Positions 34,948 to 42,997 of a stretch of DNA of 64,000 bases are shown here, piece by piece (within the stretch, counting starts at the first letter, position 1; the number at the start of each line of letters is the position of its first letter). The notes under the pieces are model-generated. The model did not search any database. It was not told the DNA's origin and saw only the letters and a program-made list of their open reading frames with translations. The DNA is taken from positions 4,146-68,145 of the forward strand of contig JAFQOG010000050.1 of assembly GCA_017420755.1 (NCBI GenBank), in the 5' to 3' direction. This DNA comes from Clostridia bacterium. GTDB lineage: Bacteria > Bacillota > Clostridia > Oscillospirales > CAG-272. The translations under genes were made by a program, and so were the position numbers.

Positions 34948-37900
34948 TTAGTTCTGTCCTTTAAGTGCAGCAAGATAAGCTTCAATCTTCAAACGTGTTT
35001 CTTCAGGAAGATCCTTGAAGTATTGCGAGTCTGCAGCACCATCAAGTAATCCACTTGCAATCAATTCCTCAAGAGTCATATCAAGACCTGGGATGTAATC
35101 AGGATCTTCTTCCTCATCTCCCTCTTGTGGACCTGAGTTGCCGCCACCTTGATTTTCCTCATTAGGCTTTGATTGAGATTCTCCACCTTGTTGGTTGCCG
35201 TTTTGGTTTTCTTGGTTTTCTTGGTTTTGATCGCTATCTTGGTTTTCTTGATTTTGATTTTGATCACTTTCTTGGTCGCTGTTAGAATCGCTGTTTTGGT
35301 TGCCGTTTTGGCTGCTATTGCTGTTTTGGTTGTTTTGATTTTGGCTATTTTGGTTTTGGCTGTTTTGATTTTGGCTATTTTGGTTATCTTGATTTGGTGT
35401 TCCCATAATATTGTCTTGTGCATTTTGGAATGCATCGTTCATATTATTTTGAGCACCATTCATGTTTTCAAGCTTACCAAGAATATCTTCAACCTTTTGT
35501 TGTGCGTCATCAAGTGCGCCTGTTGCGTCCTCGATTGCGCCTTCTTCATTACCTTGTTCAGCCTTGTCGAGTGCGCCTTGGAATGCATTTTCAAGACTCT
35601 CATAAATGTCCTTCAAGTCGCCCTCTGGCAAGCTATCTGCCATGTCGCCGAATTGATCCTTCATGCTTCCGAGCTGTTCCTTAAGCGCGTCGCCCTTCAA
35701 CCATTCGCCACTTACTGGGTTCTTGAGTTGCTCCTCAAGGCTACCGAAAGCGTCCTCAACCTTGTCGTATGCGTCCTCAACGCCTTGGTCGTCGCCCTTT
35801 TCAAGTGCGTCGTTTGCGTCTTGGATAGCGTCGTTGATATCTTCCATTGAGCCTTGAGTTTTATCATTTGATGGTTGTTGCTCACTGTCAGGATTTTGTG
35901 TTTGATCGCCACTTGGCTTCATGCTCTCAAGATATTGATCCTTGTCGCTTTGGATCATATCGTTGATTTCATTCTTTGCATCTTCGATTTTGTCAATGAT
36001 TTCTGACTTGGAGGCATCGTTTTCTATCATGTCACCAAGCTCCTTGTCGAGTTGATCAAGCTTATCATTGATTTCTTCTCTTGTGCTCTCGTTGTAAACA
36101 GGAGTATTGTTAACCTCATTCTTAAGGTCGTCAAACATATCCTCTGTTTCCTTTTGAGTTGTGCCAACCAAATCCTCACGGAGATCACCGAGGTTGTCAC
36201 TTGTCTCTTGCTTTGTATCTGTTGCTGCGTTGTTATTGTTAATGTCCTCTTCAACCTTGTCAAAGTTTTCGCCGAGCTGCTCATCAAATGTCTTGTCATT
36301 GCTTTCGGCATCGTCCTTGTTTTGGTGAAGCTTATCAGCGAAGTCGAGAAGGTCATCTCTCATATCAGAAGGTGTAGATGGGCTTGCAGCGTTTTGGATA
36401 GCGTCTGCAACCTTGTCTGCTGTTTCTTGCTTTTCTTGATCAGTCTTTTCTTCACCGTTTTCATTAGGACCGGTAATCAAATCCTCAATCTTATCGAGTG
36501 CGTCCTTGATAGCGTCTTGGTCGCCCTTTTCGATAGCGTCGCCAAGGTCTTCGAGTGCATCGCCAATCTCCTTGTCGGATTCGTTTTCGCTGTCCTTAAA
36601 CTCGTTATCCTTCAAGTTGTCAGAAATTTCTTCCTTTGATTGATTATCTTGATTGATTTCTTGATCAAGCTTGTTTTGCTCATCTCTTATAGCGTCGTTT
36701 GCATCTTGCTTCAAGTCTTCTTCAGTTTTGTTTTGTTGATTTTCTTTGAAGTTTTCCTCAATTGTTGGACCCATTGTGTCAAGAATTTCGTCCTTTGCTG
36801 CATCGTTGATCGCATCGTCCATTTGGTCCTTCTTGCTCTCGTCGAACGCGTCGTTTACTTCGTCCTTCTTTTCTTCGTCGGTTTTTGTATTGTCGCCAAA
36901 GATTTCGTCAACCTTATCCTTGAGGTCTTCCTTATCCTCGCTGGACATGTTGTCGCTATTGTCGATTTGGTCCTTGATTTCCTCTTTGGTTGCATCATCA
37001 ACAGCGTCCTGCATATTGTCTGACTTTTCTTCGTCAGTCTGGTTTTGGTCGCCCATGATGTCTTCTATCTTATCCTTGAGGTCTTCCTTGTTCTCGTCGG
37101 ACATACTGCCGTTATCGTCGATGTTATCCTTGATTTCTTCCTTGGTTGCATCATCAACAGCATCCTTCAAGTCGTCGGATTTTTCTTCATCAGTCTTGTT
37201 TTGATCTCCTACGATTTCGTCAACCTTATCCTTGAGGTCTTCCTTGTTCTCGTTGGACATACTGTCATTATTGTCGATTGCGTCCTTGATTTCTTCCTTC
37301 TTTTGGTCGTCAGTCTTGTTTTCATCCTTCATGATGTTATCAATCTGATCCTTAAGGTCAGAAGAATCTTGCATTGTATCTTCGATTTTATCCTTGAGAT
37401 CCTCGGAATCGTTCATTGTGTCGTTAGCGTCGTTCTTAATGTCGGAGTTGTCGTCAATGATGTCGCCCATCTCATCCTTGAGATTTTCCTTGTTTTTATC
37501 AGACAATGTATCATCCTTATCAATCGCGTCGTTAACTTCTTCCTTTGTTGTTTCGTCGATCTTATCCTTGATTTCCTCTTTGGTTACATCGTTAACAGCA
37601 TCCTTCAAGTCGTCGGATTTTTCTTCGTCAGTCTTGTTTTGATCGCCTACGATTTCGTCAACCTTATCCTTGAGGTCCTCTTTGTTTTCATCGGACATGT
37701 TGTCGCTATTGTCGATTTCGTTCTTGATTTCTTCCTTCTTCTCGTCGTCAGTCTTGTTTTCATCCTTTAAGATGTCATCAATCTTGTCCTTGAGATCGGA
37801 AGAATCTTGCATTGTGTCATCAACGTCTTGCTTGAGGTCCTCTTTATTTTCATCAGACATATTTTCGTTTTTGTCGATTTGGTCCTTGATTTCCTCTTTT

Positions 37901-40900
37901 GTAGTTTCGTCAACCTTGTCCTTGATTTCCTCTTTAGTTGCGTCGTCAACAGCGTCTTCCATTTCATCAGATTTTTCTTCGTCAGTCTTGTTTTGATCGC
38001 CTACGATTTCGTCAACCTTATCCTTGAGGTCCTCTTTGTTTTCATCGGACATATTTTCGTTTTTGTCGATTTCGTTCTTGATTTCTTCCTTCTTCTCTTC
38101 GTCAGTCTTGTTTTCATCCTTTAAGATTTCATCAATCTTGTCCTTGAGGTCGGAAGAATCTTGCATTGAATCTTCAACCTTGTCCTTGAGGTCTTCCTTG
38201 TTCTCGTCAGAAAGGTTTTCGTTTTTATCAATGTTGTCCTTGATTTCCTCTTTGATGGTTTCGTCAACTGCATCCTTCAAGTCATCGGATTTTTCTTCGT
38301 CAGTCTTGTTTTGATCGTCAAAGATTTCGTCAACCTTATCCTTGAGGTCCTCTTTGTTTTCATCAGAGAGATTTTCGTTTTTGTCGATTTCGTTCTTGAT
38401 TTCTTCCTTCTTCTCTTCGTCAGTCTTGTTTTCATCCTTTAAGATTTCATCAATCTTGTCTTTGAGATCGGAAGCGTCATCCATTGTATTTTCTATTTTA
38501 TCTTTAAGCTCCTCGGACTCCTCTAAGGTGTCATCAACCTTATCCTTGAGCTCTTCGTTTTCATCAACAATCTTATCTATCTCTTCCTTGAGGTTAGGCA
38601 TATTATCAATGATATCGTCGATATCTTCCTTGATTTGTTCCTTTTCCTCTTCGGTCAAGCCCTTGTCGTTTTCGTCAATAATTTTGTCGATTTCTTCCTT
38701 CTTTTCCTCGTCGGTCTTGGTTGGATCCTTCAAGATGTCCTCAATCTTATCAGCAAGATCTTGGTCCCTGTTAAGAATATCCTCGAGCTTATCCCTGAGG
38801 TCATCCATTTCATCCTTGAGGTCTTCCTTGTCCTTATCGGTCATTTCGGAATTTTCAATATCGTCTTCTATCTTATCAAATGCATCGTCAACCTTGTCTT
38901 GGTCGGTTTGTTCCTTATCCTTATCTTCTTCCTTTTCGGGATCGTTAGGAGTTTCAATTTCCTCGTCTAACATATCCTCAAATTCCTTTTCGATTTCGTC
39001 GATAAGGTCCTTTAGGTTCTCTGTGCCCTTGATTGCTTCGATGATATCTTCTGTTGATTCTTCAAATTTTTCGTCAATGAAGGTGGTAAGCTCGTCGTAA
39101 TTTAAGGTGTTATCCATTTCGGTCTTAATAGCCTCTAAATTAGCAACAAATTTAACCATTGCCTTCTCAAGCTCGCTAATAGCAACGGTTGAGTCAGCTC
39201 CTTCTGGCTTTGTTGAAGCAATTGCAGAATTGATTGCTTCAATTATTTTTGTAATAGGAGGATTTGCAATCATGATAGCATCGCTGAGGTTGTTCATAGC
39301 AGTTTCAATTGCCTTCTCGCCCTCTTTGATCTTTGAGCTATCCTTTTCTTGAGTAGCAATTTGGAGCTTTTCCATTGCTACGCCAAGTTCTTTTGTGATT
39401 TCGTTTTTCTTGAGCGCTTCAATTAAGGAAATCATGTTTTCCTTTTCCTTCTCAGCCTCTTCTTCGAGGTCCTTAATTGTTTCGTCAATCTTATCCTTTA
39501 TTGCTTCGTCCTTTTGGTCAGGAGATAATTTGTCGTCGTTGATGATGTCCTTAAGGTCTTCCTCAAGCTTATCCATTTCTTCCTTGAGGTCTTCCTTCTT
39601 GTCTTCGGTTATCTCAGCGTCTTCAATATCTTCCTCAATTTTATCCATTGTATCTTCGAGAATTTCGTCGTCAACCTTACCAGTTTCGGTTTCTTCCTTG
39701 ATAAGCTCGTCAAATTCCTTCTCGATGAGCTCAGCCAATTCCTTTAAGCTTGTTGCATTCTTTGCAGCTTCAATGATTTCCTCAGCTGATTCTTGGAACT
39801 TCTTATCTGTAAATGTTGCAAGGTCGCTTGCACCTGCAATAACCTTACCCTTCACCTCTTCGAGGTTAGAGCAGAAATTGTTAAGTGACTTTTCAAGTGC
39901 GCTTGATGCAACAGAAAGGTCTGTGCCCACAGGCTTTGTTGAAGCGATTGCCGCCTTGATTGCGGAAACAATAGCACTAATTTTTGTTGCGGAATTTGCT
40001 GTAGACTTTAAGCCATTCATTGCTGTTCTTACAGCTGTCTCAGCATCTGCGATTTTTGAAACGCTACCTGTTTCTGAAGCCTTTTGAAGCTTATCAAGTG
40101 CTTCTCCAAGCTCTTTTGTTATATCGTTTTGCTTTAATGCTTCAATAATAGAAATAGCATTTGTCTTTTCTTGCTCTACTTTAATATCAAGGTTTTCTAA
40201 TGTTTGGTTAACCTTATTCTTAATAGCAGTTTCTCTTTCTTCAATTGTAAGATTAGCATTGCCTAAGATATTCTTAAGCGCTTGACCAACGCTTTCCATT
40301 TCGAGCTTTAGCTCTGCCTTTGTATCACTTGTTACCTTAGAGTTTGCAATATGCTCTTGAATCTTTTGCATGATTTCATCAATTTTATCAAGAGTAATTT
40401 TGGAATCATCGCTCATTTCAGTGTTGAAACGATCTTCAAACGCTTCGATAATTCCATCAATCATTACTGCAAATGGAGTAACCTGCATAAGTGCTTCAAC
40501 GATTTTTTCGTTTGTTTGCTCGAATACGCCTTCAATCTTTGCAGCCTTAACGTCAGGCTCGATATTGATAGTGCCGATAACAACCTTAAGAGCATCGAGC
40601 TCAGTAACGAAGCCATTCATTACCTTTTCAAAGCCACCAACATATGTGCTTGGCGCTCCGTTTCTTTCTTCAAGAACCGCCTTTGCCTTTGCAAGTGCAC
40701 CGCTGATAGCATTCTTCAATTCATCTACGTCAAATGATTTCTTTTGTCTTGCTGCTTCAAGAGCCGCGATAATCATATCCTTAGCAGCTCCACTATTGCC
40801 CTTTTCAGCCTCTTTCTCGGCTAAAGCAAAGTCTAAATAAAGTTGCTCGTATGCTTTCTTATATTCGCCATCAGTAAGGTTAACGTAACCATTAACTCTT

Positions 40901-42345
40901 TCTTTTTCTGTATAAATCTTAAGTACTAATGGTTCACCAGTGAGCCATTCGCCATTTTCATCCTTAAAAAGATCCTCATAGCCAGCTAAATCCTTTGACA
41001 TATCAAAGGTCGCCTCTGATCCCTTTTGAATCATATATTCAAGGCTATCAATTGCTTCCTTAAGATCTTCCTTAGCTGTATTGGTTTCCTTTTCGCCAAG
41101 TGCCTCTTCGATAGCCTTATTAAGTCTGCCAATAGCAACACCAAGTTCGTTTGTGATGATGTTTTCCTTGAGTGCGTTTACGATAGCCTTAATTTGTGCT
41201 TGCTCATCGCTTACCATTTTCTCAAGAACCTTAACAGTTGCTAAAGCAGCGTCCTTCTTTGCTGTTTCTCTGTCAAGTGCGCTCAATGTTTCATCAACTG
41301 AAATATTTTCAAACTTAACCTTCAAGGCTGCGATTTCAGCTCTTACGGTTGCCTTTTTGTCATCTGGAACATCTTGAGCATCGTTAATAACCTTTTCGAT
41401 CTTTTCGAATAGCTCTTTATCTCTTTGCGCAGGATCCTTTGTGTTTTCGATGGCACTATCCATCTCGTCCTTTGCGTTCTCAAGATCTTCTTTTATACCT
41501 TCAAGCTTATCCTTTAATTCTTCATCCTCTGTTTCCAGAATGATTTTATCAATTTCTCCAATTGCTATATCAAGTCTATCTTGAACCATTTGATTAACTT
41601 GATCTCTATTCAAATCTTTATCATAGATAATATCTTTAATGTCTTTATCTAATGATTCAATAATATCTGCAACAGCATTATATTCCTTTTCAGGCAATCC
41701 TTCAGCTGATTGGAACAAGCCGGTCTTAATTGATTCCCACTCAGCCAATACATCTTTACGCCATTGGTCTTGACCTGGAAGGTGGAAAGCACCTGCAACA
41801 ACTGAAAGCAGCATTGTAAATGCCAAGAAAAGTGAAAGAATCGAAATCAACTTTTTCTTTGGTGGCTTAACAACAATGTTCTTTGTATCAAACTCCTCTA
41901 AACGCTTTTCCGCATCTTCTCTTTGAAGCTTTGCAACGTAAGATAGGTCTTGTTGGTACTCAACCATTGTGATAACGCGCTCTTCAAGTCCGAGTGAGTC
42001 GATAGTGCTGATTGCACGCTTAACGCCTTTCTTGTAAATATCAATGTAAGATGCTATTGTGATAGCAACTGTTACAAGAAGTCCTATTGCAAGCGAAATG
42101 CCAGCGATTATAGCAACAGGCTGCCAGTTGTCCTCGAGTATGCGAACGAACTCTTTGCTGAAGTTGTCAGCAAGTCCCCATCCGTTGTTAGCTGCTGATC
42201 TGCAGATTACTGCAGCAATTCCGAGAACTACGGAATAAATAAGAGCTGAAGCTAAGCCAAGCACTGCGCCTAGTGTAATAGCTCTTACGAATGCATCCAA
42301 AGCCAACTTTTTCTTGTAAGGTCTGATTAATTCCTTAAGATTCAT
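34948..42345 (-). CDS. giant (2465 aa) membrane-anchored, highly acidic, internally repetitive coiled-coil-like protein; first gene of the MoxR/vWA operon
   Basis: Uninterrupted 7.4-kb ORF with an ATG and AGGAGG RBS.
- N-terminal ~190 aa: three hydrophobic helices.
- Next: three divergent ~240-340 aa modules.
- Next: about 10 or more D/E/K-rich repeats.
- Next: a Q/N-rich tract.
- C-terminus: a short non-repetitive end. Confidence 0.8.
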   Translation of the reverse strand: MNLKELIRPYKKKLALDAFVRAITLGAVLGLASALIYSVVLGIAAVICRSAANNGWGLADNFSKEFVRILEDNWQPVAIIAGISLAIGLLVTVAITIASYIDIYKKGVKRAISTIDSLGLEERVITMVEYQQDLSYVAKLQREDAEKRLEEFDTKNIVVKPPKKKLISILSLFLAFTMLLSVVAGAFHLPGQDQWRKDVLAEWESIKTGLFQSAEGLPEKEYNAVADIIESLDKDIKDIIYDKDLNRDQVNQMVQDRLDIAIGEIDKIILETEDEELKDKLEGIKEDLENAKDEMDSAIENTKDPAQRDKELFEKIEKVINDAQDVPDDKKATVRAEIAALKVKFENISVDETLSALDRETAKKDAALATVKVLEKMVSDEQAQIKAIVNALKENIITNELGVAIGRLNKAIEEALGEKETNTAKEDLKEAIDSLEYMIQKGSEATFDMSKDLAGYEDLFKDENGEWLTGEPLVLKIYTEKERVNGYVNLTDGEYKKAYEQLYLDFALAEKEAEKGNSGAAKDMIIAALEAARQKKSFDVDELKNAISGALAKAKAVLEERNGAPSTYVGGFEKVMNGFVTELDALKVVIGTINIEPDVKAAKIEGVFEQTNEKIVEALMQVTPFAVMIDGIIEAFEDRFNTEMSDDSKITLDKIDEIMQKIQEHIANSKVTSDTKAELKLEMESVGQALKNILGNANLTIEERETAIKNKVNQTLENLDIKVEQEKTNAISIIEALKQNDITKELGEALDKLQKASETGSVSKIADAETAVRTAMNGLKSTANSATKISAIVSAIKAAIASTKPVGTDLSVASSALEKSLNNFCSNLEEVKGKVIAGASDLATFTDKKFQESAEEIIEAAKNATSLKELAELIEKEFDELIKEETETGKVDDEILEDTMDKIEEDIEDAEITEDKKEDLKEEMDKLEEDLKDIINDDKLSPDQKDEAIKDKIDETIKDLEEEAEKEKENMISLIEALKKNEITKELGVAMEKLQIATQEKDSSKIKEGEKAIETAMNNLSDAIMIANPPITKIIEAINSAIASTKPEGADSTVAISELEKAMVKFVANLEAIKTEMDNTLNYDELTTFIDEKFEESTEDIIEAIKGTENLKDLIDEIEKEFEDMLDEEIETPNDPEKEEDKDKEQTDQDKVDDAFDKIEDDIENSEMTDKDKEDLKDEMDDLRDKLEDILNRDQDLADKIEDILKDPTKTDEEKKEEIDKIIDENDKGLTEEEKEQIKEDIDDIIDNMPNLKEEIDKIVDENEELKDKVDDTLEESEELKDKIENTMDDASDLKDKIDEILKDENKTDEEKKEEIKNEIDKNENLSDENKEDLKDKVDEIFDDQNKTDEEKSDDLKDAVDETIKEEIKDNIDKNENLSDENKEDLKDKVEDSMQDSSDLKDKIDEILKDENKTDEEKKEEIKNEIDKNENMSDENKEDLKDKVDEIVGDQNKTDEEKSDEMEDAVDDATKEEIKDKVDETTKEEIKDQIDKNENMSDENKEDLKQDVDDTMQDSSDLKDKIDDILKDENKTDDEKKEEIKNEIDNSDNMSDENKEDLKDKVDEIVGDQNKTDEEKSDDLKDAVNDVTKEEIKDKIDETTKEEVNDAIDKDDTLSDKNKENLKDEMGDIIDDNSDIKNDANDTMNDSEDLKDKIEDTMQDSSDLKDQIDNIMKDENKTDDQKKEEIKDAIDNNDSMSNENKEDLKDKVDEIVGDQNKTDEEKSDDLKDAVDDATKEEIKDNIDDNGSMSDENKEDLKDKIEDIMGDQNQTDEEKSDNMQDAVDDATKEEIKDQIDNSDNMSSEDKEDLKDKVDEIFGDNTKTDEEKKDEVNDAFDESKKDQMDDAINDAAKDEILDTMGPTIEENFKENQQNKTEEDLKQDANDAIRDEQNKLDQEINQDNQSKEEISDNLKDNEFKDSENESDKEIGDALEDLGDAIEKGDQDAIKDALDKIEDLITGPNENGEEKTDQEKQETADKVADAIQNAASPSTPSDMRDDLLDFADKLHQNKDDAESNDKTFDEQLGENFDKVEEDINNNNAATDTKQETSDNLGDLREDLVGTTQKETEDMFDDLKNEVNNTPVYNESTREEINDKLDQLDKELGDMIENDASKSEIIDKIEDAKNEINDMIQSDKDQYLESMKPSGDQTQNPDSEQQPSNDKTQGSMEDINDAIQDANDALEKGDDQGVEDAYDKVEDAFGSLEEQLKNPVSGEWLKGDALKEQLGSMKDQFGDMADSLPEGDLKDIYESLENAFQGALDKAEQGNEEGAIEDATGALDDAQQKVEDILGKLENMNGAQNNMNDAFQNAQDNIMGTPNQDNQNSQNQNSQNQNSQNQNNQNSNSSQNGNQNSDSNSDQESDQNQNQENQDSDQNQENQENQNGNQQGGESQSKPNEENQGGGNSGPQEGDEEEDPDYIPGLDMTLEELIASGLLDGAADSQYFKDLPEETRLKIEAYLAALKGQN
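35110..35400 (-). repeat. in-frame Q/N/S/D-rich microsatellite-like tract of the giant gene
   Basis: The DNA is ttttggctattttggttttggctgttttga-type repeats. The protein reads NQNSQNQNSQNQNSQNQNNQNSNSSQNGNQNSDSNSDQESDQNQNQENQ... Confidence 0.85.
36900..38500 (-). repeat. degenerate in-frame tandem repeats (~150-440 nt period) in the giant gene
   Basis: The motif (t)tcgtcaaccttatccttgaggtc(c/t)tc recurs near 36903, 37215, 37653, 38006 and 38325, with a divergent copy (gtcttctatcttatccttgaggtcttc) near 37061. The protein units look like DKNENMSDENKEDLKDKVDEIVGDQNKTDEEKSDDLKDAVDDATKEEIKD. Confidence 0.85.
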
Positions 42346-42376
42346 TATAAATCCTCCTAAAATTTCTTACTATATT

Positions 42377-42405
42377 ATTATAACACGCACATTTATATTT
42401 TGCAA
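42377..42405 (-). promoter_or_regulatory. sigma-A promoter of the giant-protein/MoxR/vWA operon
   Basis: The minus strand reads TTGCAA-17 nt-TATAAT, about 30 nt upstream of AGGAGG-N7-ATG. Confidence 0.65.
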
Positions 42406-42550
42406 TTAAAAATAAATTTTTGAGCCAAATTCGGTCGTTTTTCGTCACAATGCACAATTTTCCTTTTCGACCATCGGTATTTGCGGCTTAAAAACTATCA
42501 ATTTTACCCAAACCAAAGTGCATGTCATAAAAAGTCTGAGCAATTTTTTC

Positions 42551-42587
42551 GGCAGAATATTTTTCTGCCCGTTGTTTTTTTGTTTTT
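42551..42587 (+). terminator. orphan terminator-like hairpin in a 650-bp non-coding region
   Basis: GGCAGAA-TATTT-TTCTGCC followed by CGTTGTTTTTTTGTTTTT. There is no credible ORF upstream on the plus strand. Confidence 0.45.
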
Positions 42588-42997
42588 GGTTATACTCCAT
42601 CGAATCTCTTGTGCCAGCGTCAGAACGCGAGCACGATTGTCACTCTAAATTTTGCCCGAGTGGGGAGGCTTCATTTTTGTCGCTTTCACTCCTTTTCATC
42701 TGTTTTGTATATGGGAATTGGACCAGATTTCTGTAGCTCATACTACAGGGTATTCTTTTGCCACAAACAGTCTACCATATAATTAGTAGAAATTGGTAAC
42801 TAAATCAAAAAATTCAACATAGTCTCATAACCTTTTCGGCTCGTTTTCACATAAACATCACATTGGAAAATTTTCATGTAAAAAATCGTGAATTTTTTGT
42901 AAACTTTTTTCACTTTCCACTCTCAAAAATCCGCCAAGCAAACATAAAACCAAATCCCCTTGGAAAGCATAAATAAAAACGTGAGGAAAACATAAGA

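Noticed and set aside
36900-38500. Possible CRISPR array or non-coding satellite, given the regular repeats
   Set aside because: - The repeats are degenerate, of variable period (150-440 nt), and lie entirely in frame within an open reading frame.
- There is no repeat-spacer architecture.
- No cas genes occur in the window.
35173-41377. Many long plus-strand ORFs (for example 35173-35850, 37045-37770, 38342-39100, 39395-40087, 40370-40840) that look like serine/leucine/phenylalanine-rich proteins
   Set aside because: - They are antisense shadows of the D/E/K-rich giant minus-strand gene: GAA/GAT/AAG codons read backwards give TTC/ATC/CTT.
- They have no RBS and extremely low complexity.
- They fragment, whereas the minus-strand frame is continuous for 7.4 kb.
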